Shown: one piece after another, positions 18,256 to 27,170 of the stretch
Numbering within the stretch: position 1 is the first letter of the stretch
Layout: every line of letters starts with the position of its first letter
Source: Parcubacteria group bacterium
GTDB lineage: Bacteria; Patescibacteriota; Minisyncoccia; Moranbacterales; UBA2206
Length of the DNA: 64,000 nt
Reading direction: 5' to 3'
Assembly: GCA_041661275.1 (NCBI GenBank)
Contig: JBAZUU010000002.1
Location: 137,148-201,147, forward strand
Made by a program: the position numbers and the translations under genes
The notes under the pieces: generated by a model
What the model was told of the DNA's origin: nothing
Database searches by the model: none
What the model saw: the letters and a program-made list of their open reading frames with translations, nothing else

Positions 18256-18363
18256 AAAAAGGGTCAAGTACCTTTGGTTTTGTAATTAATTACTTGCATA
18301 TACGAAAGACCAAAAAGTTATCCACAGACGGATGACCATTTTAACCGGTTGGTTAAAATGGTC
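18256..18363 (+). repeat. Composite repeat copy C, ending in a fifth GACCATTTT hairpin
   Basis: gaaaaagggtcaagtaccttt...gttatccacagacggat-gaccattttaaccggttggttaaaatggtc. Confidence 0.8.
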
Positions 18364-18435
18364 TGACAGGTTTGTTTTTAGGCGGAAAATGTGCTAAAAA
18401 TAATATATAGCGAACGTTAATTTTCCAGGACTTTT

Positions 18436-19602
18436 ATGAAAGTTTTATTTTTTAATTACGAATATCCGCCACTTGGCGGGGGAGCGGCTTATGCTTCACA
18501 GAATATTTTGAGAGAATATGCCAAACTCACTGATGTTGAAGTGGATTTTGTGACGTCGTCACTGGACAATCAATATCACCTGGAAAAAATGGGCGAAAAT
18601 ATCAGAGTCCATCGGCTTCCCATCGGCAAGAATAAAAATAATCTGACATATCAATCGCAAAAAGATCTCCTGGTCTATGCCTGGAAGTCCTATTTTTTTT
18701 CCAAAAAACTGATCAGCGAGGCTAATAAGAATAAAAAACCATATAATCTGACCCATTCCTTTTTTTCCGTCCCTTGCGGATTTGTTTCTATGATACTAAA
18801 GAAAAAATATAGATTGCCTTACATTGTTTCTCTTCGCGGATCCGATGTTCCGGGCTATTCGGAAAGGTTTTCTTTCATCTACTGTTTTTTGAAACCTCTG
18901 ATAATTCGTATTTGGAAAAAAGCCGGAGCAGTTGTGGCTAACAGTTCGATGCTTCGCGATCTGGCTTTGAAAAGTAATAACCAACAAAAGGTTGATGTTA
19001 TCTATAATGGGATAAATATTGAACATTTTAGGCCTGGAGCTATTTCAAGAGAAAATAAAAATTTCACTATTCTTTGCGCTTCCCGTCTTTCTAGAAGAAA
19101 GGGGTTTGATTATGTTATTGACGCCTTCAATAAAATTCACGAAAAATATCCAGAAGCACGCTTGGTGATTGCCGGTGGGGAGGGGAATGCCGAAGAAGAA
19201 TTAAAAAACCAGACGAAAGAATTAAAATTAGAAAATAAAATAACTTTTACCGGTTTTGTGACACCTAACACCCAATTTTTGAAATATTACAATGCCGCTG
19301 ATGTTTTTGTCCTGCCGTCGCTCAATGAAGGAATGAGCAACAATATGCTGGAAGCGATGGCCAGCGGCCTCCCGATAATTATGACGCCGACCGGCGGGGC
19401 GGAAGAGCTGATAAAAGACGGCGTCAATGGGTGTATCGTCAGATTCAAAGATAGCGCGGACATTGCGGAAAAATTGGAAAAGTTGATAAACAATCCAGAA
19501 CTTTGCAAAAAAATGGGCATTGAAAGCCGTAAGATCGCTGAAAAAATGAGTTGGAAAAGCGTGGCGGAGAAATATTATGAATTATATAAAAACATAGCAT
19601 GA
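18436..19602 (+). CDS. GT4 glycosyltransferase
   Basis: EYPPLGGG, RKGF, EGMSNNMLEAMASG. Confidence 0.9.
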   Translation: MKVLFFNYEYPPLGGGAAYASQNILREYAKLTDVEVDFVTSSLDNQYHLEKMGENIRVHRLPIGKNKNNLTYQSQKDLLVYAWKSYFFSKKLISEANKNKKPYNLTHSFFSVPCGFVSMILKKKYRLPYIVSLRGSDVPGYSERFSFIYCFLKPLIIRIWKKAGAVVANSSMLRDLALKSNNQQKVDVIYNGINIEHFRPGAISRENKNFTILCASRLSRRKGFDYVIDAFNKIHEKYPEARLVIAGGEGNAEEELKNQTKELKLENKITFTGFVTPNTQFLKYYNAADVFVLPSLNEGMSNNMLEAMASGLPIIMTPTGGAEELIKDGVNGCIVRFKDSADIAEKLEKLINNPELCKKMGIESRKIAEKMSWKSVAEKYYELYKNIA

Positions 19603-20528
19603 GTAAAAAAGCAATAAAAATAATTCTAAAAATAACTGTCAGTCTTTTTTTTGTGATTCTCGTTGTCTACAAAACCAATTGGCCGGAGGTGCTTTTTTAT
19701 CTCAAAAAAATACAACTCTGGCAGATCTTTCTTTATATTTTAGTTTACGTTATTAGCATCGCTATCTCATCATATAAGTGGAAAATACTTTCCGAATTTA
19801 AAAATATCAGACATTCTTTCAACACTTATTTTAAGCTCTATCTGACCGGAACATTTATCAATAATTTCATGCCGTCTTTTGTGGCAGGGGATGCCTATAA
19901 AGCCTATGAAATTGCGAAACCCCATAATCGTTATATGGAAGCGTCATCCACTGTTATCATGGACAGAATAACCGGACTCATCGGCGCGATGGTTCTGGCT
20001 CTGGTTTTTTCGGCCATAAATTACAAAACGCTCCTGGCCAATGACCTTTTGATGTTTATCGATGCCCTGATTGTCCTTTCTCTTTGTACGGATGTAATTA
20101 TCGCCAAGTTGAAAACAATTCCGGCTATGCGAAATTTTGTGATGCGGATCTTACCGGAAAAAGCGGTTGATTTTTTGCAGCAAATATACAACTATAGCAA
20201 CAACACTGCCATAATAAAAAAGGCCGTCCTTTGGGGGATGGCGTTCTCTATTATCGGAGTGGCGTTTTTGAATTACATTCTTTTTTGGGGACTGGGAATC
20301 GACGTCAATTTTTTTGATTACATGTCGGTCATTTTTATTATCAGTATTGTTTCCGCTCTGCCCATTACGGTCAATAATATCGGACTCAAGGAATGGGCAT
20401 ATATCACCTTTTTTGGAATTTTTGGTATCAGCTCCGGCGCGGTGGTAGCCATTTCGGTCATTAGTCGTTTTTTGCAGATGGCGATCAGTTTCACGGCATT
20501 ACCGGCATATTTACGGAGTCGAAAATAA
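19599..20528 (+). CDS. Lysylphosphatidylglycerol synthase TM-domain / flippase-like protein (UPF0104)
   Basis: NNFMPSFVAGD, MDR, LPITVNNIGLKE; multiple TM helices. Confidence 0.85.
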   Translation: MSKKAIKIILKITVSLFFVILVVYKTNWPEVLFYLKKIQLWQIFLYILVYVISIAISSYKWKILSEFKNIRHSFNTYFKLYLTGTFINNFMPSFVAGDAYKAYEIAKPHNRYMEASSTVIMDRITGLIGAMVLALVFSAINYKTLLANDLLMFIDALIVLSLCTDVIIAKLKTIPAMRNFVMRILPEKAVDFLQQIYNYSNNTAIIKKAVLWGMAFSIIGVAFLNYILFWGLGIDVNFFDYMSVIFIISIVSALPITVNNIGLKEWAYITFFGIFGISSGAVVAISVISRFLQMAISFTALPAYLRSRK

Positions 20529-22292
20529 TTTATTCCAGGTAAGAAGTTGTGAGATTTGAAATTCCTCGATGGGAATTTTTTTATCTTCCGGGTCTTGTCT
20601 TTGGGCGGTGATGATTTCATTTTTCGGTTTCAGATAAAAAGCAGTCAGGATGCCAAAATTCTTTTCTTGAATTATATCGTAAGTCGCAAGTATACTGCTA
20701 AGGCCTTTTTTGCCATTTAGGACGGATTCTTGTTCTATGTAAAAATAATTTCCCTGGTCATAAGCTTTGTCGGCGGAAAAGATGTCATAATAATCAATAC
20801 CTCTTTTTTCCAGATAATACCAATAAACCGGCTCATACTCATGGGTTGTCCTTATGCATATCGGATAACCGTTTGCTTTGTATTTTGATTCGATATAGTC
20901 GACGATAGGCAATTGCTGGCTCAGGGTGACGCGGGTATTGTCCGGAAAAATGTCTTCCGTTTGAGCTCTGAATGTTTCGTTTTGAGCTCGGGAAAGTTGG
21001 TTAAAACTGTCTTTTATTCTCGATATGTTGGAATAAGACAAGACTGCGACAATAATGACGGGAATGACAAAGGTTAATTTTTTTCGGGGAAAATACAATT
21101 TTTCCAGCAAGAAACCGAAAAAGATTATGGCCAGAGGCGCGACCGGCAGGAAAAAACGCGGGTAGACATAGAGTCCGTCATAAAGAACCAGAAAGTAACA
21201 GGCGAATGAAAAAATTATCCACAGAAGGATAAGTAGGAGGAGATCTCTGCGTCTCTGGTCGCGTTCTGTTTTTAGGTTAAGTAACAGGATAAAAAAAGAA
21301 GCAATGAAAAGGACAAAGGGCAAAAAAGTTACAGCTAACTTTTTCTGGCAGGATTTGCACAAAATCCCCCAGGAACTTCCGGTGAGATGCGAGCCGTTTA
21401 TGTTGTCAATGCCGCTGTTGATCAAAAAATAGTTACCGACATTATAGCGAATATCCTGGACAACTTTTTCCCATGATTTTTTGTCTTTTGATTCTGTTTT
21501 TTCCGTTTCATTGCCGGAATGGAAGGGCAGTCTTTCCAAAAAATAGCTCAAATTTTGTCCTCCGGTTTTTACATCGCTGATGACGACAGGAGAATAAACC
21601 GCTAAAAATATTGCTATCGCCGCAAGCCATATTTTCCACCGGAAACGCGGGCGCTTGATAAGGAGGAAGAAAAAAGTGACAGCGGGGACTATAAAAAAGG
21701 CGTTAAAATGAATTTGTGAAGTAAGGGCGACAAAAAAAGCGGCCAAAAGAAACCAATATTCTTTTTTTTCTTCTTTTTCCGAAACGCTTTTCAAAAGCGC
21801 GTAAAAGCAAAAAAGAACCAAAAAAGGCAGAACATCGGGACTCCAGGAAAAGCGGGAATATAAAACGAGGTACGAGGAAAAAGAAAAGATGGCCAAAAGC
21901 GCCAGAGATAAATTTTTCGAAAAATATCTCCGGCAGAAAAAATAAAAAAGTGGCATGGCCAGAATTCCCAAAATCAACACTTGGGCGGCGTGCCCGGCCG
22001 GAGTGTTGCCAAAAATGAGGGCGCTCAAATATTCCATATAGTAGAAAGCCGGACCGAGGCGCAAGGATCTTCCGCCGCCGGCTGTTGGTCCCAAAAGCGG
22101 CAAATTTCCCGGACCGTTTTGGACGGCATTGGAAACGATATTGATGTCATAAGTCTGATCAATCTCAAAATGGAGCCAGTCACTGAAATGGTATGAACGC
22201 AAAAAAATCCCTGTTAAAAAAATAACAAGGAAGATGGCCAATGTCAGTTTGTTTTGTTTGGCTTTTTCAAATGAAGATCGAAAAAATTTCAT
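20511..22292 (-). CDS. GT-C membrane glycosyltransferase (ArnT/PMT-like)
   Basis: FLRSYHFSDWLHFEIDQ...PLLGP...LRLGPAFYY; SRFSWSP; many TM helices. Confidence 0.85.
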   Translation of the reverse strand: MKFFRSSFEKAKQNKLTLAIFLVIFLTGIFLRSYHFSDWLHFEIDQTYDINIVSNAVQNGPGNLPLLGPTAGGGRSLRLGPAFYYMEYLSALIFGNTPAGHAAQVLILGILAMPLFYFFCRRYFSKNLSLALLAIFSFSSYLVLYSRFSWSPDVLPFLVLFCFYALLKSVSEKEEKKEYWFLLAAFFVALTSQIHFNAFFIVPAVTFFFLLIKRPRFRWKIWLAAIAIFLAVYSPVVISDVKTGGQNLSYFLERLPFHSGNETEKTESKDKKSWEKVVQDIRYNVGNYFLINSGIDNINGSHLTGSSWGILCKSCQKKLAVTFLPFVLFIASFFILLLNLKTERDQRRRDLLLLILLWIIFSFACYFLVLYDGLYVYPRFFLPVAPLAIIFFGFLLEKLYFPRKKLTFVIPVIIVAVLSYSNISRIKDSFNQLSRAQNETFRAQTEDIFPDNTRVTLSQQLPIVDYIESKYKANGYPICIRTTHEYEPVYWYYLEKRGIDYYDIFSADKAYDQGNYFYIEQESVLNGKKGLSSILATYDIIQEKNFGILTAFYLKPKNEIITAQRQDPEDKKIPIEEFQISQLLTWNKLFSTP

Positions 22293-22999
22293 AGGCGTTC
22301 AAGAGCTTCATATTCAGGGGCTAGTTCCGGGTGGAAGATGACTTCTACTTCAGAGTTATCTTGAGTATTTTGAAGGCAGGAGTCCAGGTTATGACTCCAG
22401 TCAAAACTGATCATATAATCAGAAGTAACTACGGAAGATTTTTTCATCTGTCCAAAATCCAATTTTTTCAACAAATTCAAAATGGCGCAGACCTTATTTT
22501 TATGACTGTATGGTTTTTTTCCGAAACGTATATAGCTTATGCCATATTTTTTAGAGAGCTTCAGAAATCTCCGAAAATAGGGCGGGAAAAAATGGATATG
22601 CTCATGCGAACTGGCGCCGTCAGGAAATTTTCCGAACAGATTTTTAAAATCCATAATTTGCCGTTCCCATTCCTGTTCAACGATGGCCGGACGGTTGTGG
22701 CCGAAAAAGAAGTTGTAGAGAAAAAGAAAGATCCTTTTTATCGCGCCTTTTTCGATAACTCGAGGGTTATTTTGCCAAAAATCAAGCTTGTCCTTGGCCA
22801 AGTGGAAATGGATATCGAGCTTCACGCCTGAGGCGAGAAGGCGTGAGGCGTGCTCCGGTGAGATATTTTTGCTGACCATTATTTCTACCCGATCGAGCTT
22901 TCCGCTTTCTGCCAACGTCAAAATATTGGCATTGGCTCTCTGGCTGATGCCAAAATCATCCGCAGAAACGATTATCATTTTTCCGCCCAGTTTTATCAT
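22289..22999 (-). CDS. ChbG/YdjC/HpnK-family carbohydrate deacetylase
   Basis: ADDFG, IHFHL, SHEHIH, IFHP. Confidence 0.85.
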   Translation of the reverse strand: MIKLGGKMIIVSADDFGISQRANANILTLAESGKLDRVEIMVSKNISPEHASRLLASGVKLDIHFHLAKDKLDFWQNNPRVIEKGAIKRIFLFLYNFFFGHNRPAIVEQEWERQIMDFKNLFGKFPDGASSHEHIHFFPPYFRRFLKLSKKYGISYIRFGKKPYSHKNKVCAILNLLKKLDFGQMKKSSVVTSDYMISFDWSHNLDSCLQNTQDNSEVEVIFHPELAPEYEALERL

Positions 23000-23058
23000 A
23001 ATTTAATTGTAATATATAAATCGAAATAAGGAAAATTAAAAATTTTCAATAGTCAGAC

Positions 23059-24735
23059 TTACAAAGAAGCATTACAAGTCTCGTCTTCTCCCGGCTGGCC
23101 CCCGGGATTTTTCGCTTCCGCGTCTATCACCAGAAGATTTCCGGTTTTTTTCTGGTCGCGGATAAAAAATTGCTCCTCAAGATCTTTTGGCATTTTCTGA
23201 TTGACACTCAATCGATAGACCAGAAAATAATCCAGTTTTCCGGAGGGGTGGAAAGCGCTGGTCTTGACGTAGCAGGCGGGGATATTCTCCTGATAACGGA
23301 GAAGATAGAAAATGGCTCGAGCGAAAGAATTGTCAGCCGCGATTCTTACCATATCGTCCGATCGTCTGTGTTTTTTGATGTATTCAACCGTGTTTTCCAG
23401 CTGTTCCAGGGTTATTTTTTTGTCATTAAAAAATTCTCTCCCGACAGTATTTTCCACCTCGCCTTTGGCCATAGCCGTGTGCTCTTTGAAATAAATGGAA
23501 TCACTCCTTAAATTAAATAGCATGACGGCGACGGACAAGAGGATTATGACTATTTTTCCGTGTTTTCCAGCAAAACATTCTATTTTTTTCAAGGTCATTC
23601 CCAAAAAAACAAGAAGAGGAGCTACGGCCGGCAGATAATAGCGCGGGCTCATGTTATAAATAATCGGTATGGAAATTGCAAACATCGATCCCAGCCACAA
23701 CCAAGCCGAGAAAATATATTTTTTTCTGTCCCGGTCGCGCTCGCGGCGAAAAAAATAAAAACTGGACCAGAGGCCAAAAACAAAAAGAAGAGTTTGCAGA
23801 AAAAGAAAGGGCAGGTCTTGCCGACATTGCCGGTCGCAAACCGGAAGAAATTTTTTCGATAGCGCTACCGAGCTTCCGTGCTCGTCAGAAGTTATCATTT
23901 GCCAGCTGATTATCTCCAGTTTTTGGAAAGCATAAAAAGATTTGTCAACTACATTATGTTTGCTTTCGCCCGACATTCCTCTTTCAAAAGTATTTTTGAT
24001 AAGCAGTTTGGTGTTATTGGCGTTATTTTCCATTTCACTGATGATCATAGGTGAATAGACAGCTAAAACAATCAGCAGTCCCGCTATATAATTTTTTATC
24101 TTTAATCTCGGTCTCCAGGCAATGATGTAAATCAATATCAAAACAGGCGCCATAAAAAAATAAACGTAATGAAGCTGGGTGGCGATAGAGGCGCTGAAAA
24201 TTGCCGCATAAAACCAGCCTGGACGGACAGTGTCTTTCCAGTCGGCCTTCAGAAGCCCGAAAAGCGTCAGGAGCGTAAAAAAGGGCAGAGGATTGGGATT
24301 GGAGGCAAACCGTCCATAGATGACCAAAAAAAGCGAAACGGCGGTGATGGCCGAAAGAGCCAAGGAAATATTTTTAGAAAAATAAAGACGCAAAAAATAA
24401 TACAGGAGAGGGACAAAAAGGATAGAAAAGAGCCAGTCAGGCATGGCGAAAATTTCCGGGCGGGTTCCCAGAAAAAAAGCGGGAACGGCCTGGAGATAAT
24501 AGTATGCCGGACCCAATTGCAAAGTACTGCCGCTGGTATGCGGTCCGAGAAGCGGAATTTTCGAGAGTCCATCGCGGACAAAATCACCGACAATAATAGC
24601 GTCTCGGGATTGATCCAAATGAAAGCCTAAAAATGGCACAAAATGATACGACCGCAAAAAAATTGCCAGAAGAACTATAGTTGTCAGGATTAGATATTCA
24701 GTTCTGACGAGTTTTTTGATATTTGCAAATAGCAT
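23059..24735 (-). CDS. GT-C membrane glycosyltransferase (ArnT/PMT-like)
   Basis: FLRSYHF...DQSRDA...PLLGP...LGPAYYY; RFASNPN. Confidence 0.85.
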   Translation of the reverse strand: MLFANIKKLVRTEYLILTTIVLLAIFLRSYHFVPFLGFHLDQSRDAIIVGDFVRDGLSKIPLLGPHTSGSTLQLGPAYYYLQAVPAFFLGTRPEIFAMPDWLFSILFVPLLYYFLRLYFSKNISLALSAITAVSLFLVIYGRFASNPNPLPFFTLLTLFGLLKADWKDTVRPGWFYAAIFSASIATQLHYVYFFMAPVLILIYIIAWRPRLKIKNYIAGLLIVLAVYSPMIISEMENNANNTKLLIKNTFERGMSGESKHNVVDKSFYAFQKLEIISWQMITSDEHGSSVALSKKFLPVCDRQCRQDLPFLFLQTLLFVFGLWSSFYFFRRERDRDRKKYIFSAWLWLGSMFAISIPIIYNMSPRYYLPAVAPLLVFLGMTLKKIECFAGKHGKIVIILLSVAVMLFNLRSDSIYFKEHTAMAKGEVENTVGREFFNDKKITLEQLENTVEYIKKHRRSDDMVRIAADNSFARAIFYLLRYQENIPACYVKTSAFHPSGKLDYFLVYRLSVNQKMPKDLEEQFFIRDQKKTGNLLVIDAEAKNPGGQPGEDETCNASL

Positions 24736-24737
24736 TT

Positions 24738-25523
24738 CTAATTCAAGATTAGATTCATAAAATATTTTGGATACGCGTCTCCGGAAACGGAAGGCAGGAT
24801 GTAATAATGCACCCCATTATACTCTTTGTCCCAAAGCCGGCTGTGGAGATGTCCCATAAAAACATATTTTACGTTGCCGGAGGAAGAAATGACTTTTTCC
24901 ACTTCGGTATATTGCGGAAGAAGCGTATTTTCATCGCGACTGGGAGAAAAGAAGGGAACGTGAGTGGCAATCAGTACTTTTTTGTTTGTTTTTAATGCCT
25001 CTTTGAGCCAGCTGAGTTCGCCTTGATCAATATCAATATCATGATCCAACATTATGATTCGCCAGCCGGCATTATTGTAGTCATGATAATAATAAGCTTG
25101 ACTGGAAAATGCCGGGAAACAATCCTTGTCGTGATTACCCTTTCCCCACAGGACGTTAAATTTGGATAAAAGAGTTTTCAAGTTGTCGGCGTATGGTTGG
25201 CATTTGGCATTATCATTGACATTATCCCCTAAAGTTATTATCAAATCCGGTCTTGAATCCAGGAGTGGTTTCAGGTTATTTTTGTATGCGCCGGGATGAA
25301 CCACGGCATCCTCATTGCTGATTTCATTATGTCCGTTTTTTCCCGATCCGGCATGAATGTCGGTAACAATATCCACATTGAGTGTTTTTTTATTTTCAAT
25401 ATTGGGCTTTGCCAGCCAAATCAATTCATAATACAAAAAACTGACAGCTACCAACAAAACAGCGGAAATAATTATTCTTTCCTTCTTTTTTGAAAGAATG
25501 ATAAATTTCAACTTTTTAATCAT
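24738..25523 (-). CDS. Membrane-anchored calcineurin-like metallophosphoesterase
   Basis: TDIH, LGD, GNHD, THVP, GHLH. Confidence 0.88.
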   Translation of the reverse strand: MIKKLKFIILSKKKERIIISAVLLVAVSFLYYELIWLAKPNIENKKTLNVDIVTDIHAGSGKNGHNEISNEDAVVHPGAYKNNLKPLLDSRPDLIITLGDNVNDNAKCQPYADNLKTLLSKFNVLWGKGNHDKDCFPAFSSQAYYYHDYNNAGWRIIMLDHDIDIDQGELSWLKEALKTNKKVLIATHVPFFSPSRDENTLLPQYTEVEKVISSSGNVKYVFMGHLHSRLWDKEYNGVHYYILPSVSGDAYPKYFMNLILN

Positions 25524-25535
25524 AAATTTAATCCG

Positions 25536-27170
25536 TTAATTTTTTAGGATTAGGACGGTTAGTCCGGTAAATTTTTTTCCAGTGATTATTTCGCGATCCC
25601 AGACTTTTTGGCCGACCGGAATTTCGCCCGACTCATTTTCCCTGAGGTAAAAAACCGGACTTTCCGGAGGAACTTCATCCAGACCGTCATATTTTAGAAG
25701 GTCGGTTCCGATGCCGCGTTTTTTGGTAAAATAATTGACCGGACGGAAAAATCTTTCAGCGAGGCCATTTTGGCCGCCAAGATATGCTTTTGGGAATATG
25801 CCGGACATATTGGCCAATTCATATTGATAGATATGTTCTACTTCAGAAAGGGTGCTATTTTTGGAATTATTTTCCAATCCGGCCATATAGTTTTGAGCTG
25901 TTTTTGCGTCTCTGGCAAGACAAAGGATAATAAGAGTGACAACGACGGCCGCGGCCAAACCTTTTCCCCATAGACCGAATATTTTTTCCGTCTCCAAAAT
26001 TACAAGTCCCAAAAGCACCAGAGGAACCATATAGAGATTGATAAAATAACCGACAAATATAATCTTAGCGATAGGAATCAGTATCACGAAAGATAGGAAA
26101 TTAAAAAGAATAATGATTCCCAAAAAGCGCTTTTTTTTGATTTCTTTTTCCCGAAAAAAATATCTGAATAACAAATAATAGCCGATGACGGAGAAAATGA
26201 CGCTTAAGGTTATGCCGAAATAATATTTATAATTTTCCGCGCTTGTGCCTTGCGGGTCACGAAAAATAATATTGCACGGGTCGTCCGAACTAAAAGCGGA
26301 GATAGTGTGCGAATTGGCCTGGATCTGGCAGGCAAAGATGTGAAAAGTGTCCCTCCCGAGATGGCTGCCGGAACCGGAGCTGGAAGTGAAGCCTTTTAAA
26401 AAATATTGCGTGTTTTTCCAATGGGAATCAAATTCTGACATTATCTGCGTAGTGTTGAGGACGAGAGTGGCGGCCAGAATAACCAGGGAAATCTTCCAGA
26501 TGTCGGGCGTTTTTTTCCGCCAAAGATAGAAAAAAATCACCAAAGACATCGGCGGCAAAACGATGAGCAAGGTAGTATGAAGCTGGACGCAAATCCCCGT
26601 GCCGATTCCGATCAAGATGCCCCAAAAGTAGGCCATTTTTCCGCTTGAATCCATCAATTTTAGCAGAGAATATAAATAGACAAGAATAAAAAAAGGAATA
26701 AGGTTGGGATTAGATGAGAAGCGAGCGTTTATTATCATAAAATAAGAAACACTCATAATGGCAGTGAGCGCAAGTGACACATTTTTTCCAAAATACTCTC
26801 GCAAAAAGAAAAAGAGAAGCGGGATGGCCAGGATAGAAAAAAAGACGCTCGGGTAGGCCATCTTGTCCGGATAATTGCCGAATATTTCTTCTGATATATA
26901 GGAAAACTGATAATATACCGGGCCGAGCCTGAATCTGGTGACGCCGGCATTGGGTCCCAGGTACGGCAAATGGTCATTCTTGTTTTCCAGGGCATTGCTG
27001 ATGAGTGACGCGTCTCTCACTTGATCGCGGCTGAACCGCAACCAGTCGTGGAAGTTATAAGTTCTGAGAAATATTCCTGCCAGAACGATAAGAGACAAAA
27101 TGATGACGGTTTTTTTGTTTTTTTTTAATGTGTCATAAAAGATATGCATTGTTTTGTTTTGAAATACCAT
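25536..27170 (-). CDS. GT-C membrane glycosyltransferase (ArnT/PMT-like)
   Basis: FLRTYNFHDWLRFSRDQVRDA...LGP...RLGPVYY; RFSSNPN; true start may be the second Met. Confidence 0.85.
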   Translation of the reverse strand: MVFQNKTMHIFYDTLKKNKKTVIILSLIVLAGIFLRTYNFHDWLRFSRDQVRDASLISNALENKNDHLPYLGPNAGVTRFRLGPVYYQFSYISEEIFGNYPDKMAYPSVFFSILAIPLLFFFLREYFGKNVSLALTAIMSVSYFMIINARFSSNPNLIPFFILVYLYSLLKLMDSSGKMAYFWGILIGIGTGICVQLHTTLLIVLPPMSLVIFFYLWRKKTPDIWKISLVILAATLVLNTTQIMSEFDSHWKNTQYFLKGFTSSSGSGSHLGRDTFHIFACQIQANSHTISAFSSDDPCNIIFRDPQGTSAENYKYYFGITLSVIFSVIGYYLLFRYFFREKEIKKKRFLGIIILFNFLSFVILIPIAKIIFVGYFINLYMVPLVLLGLVILETEKIFGLWGKGLAAAVVVTLIILCLARDAKTAQNYMAGLENNSKNSTLSEVEHIYQYELANMSGIFPKAYLGGQNGLAERFFRPVNYFTKKRGIGTDLLKYDGLDEVPPESPVFYLRENESGEIPVGQKVWDREIITGKKFTGLTVLILKN

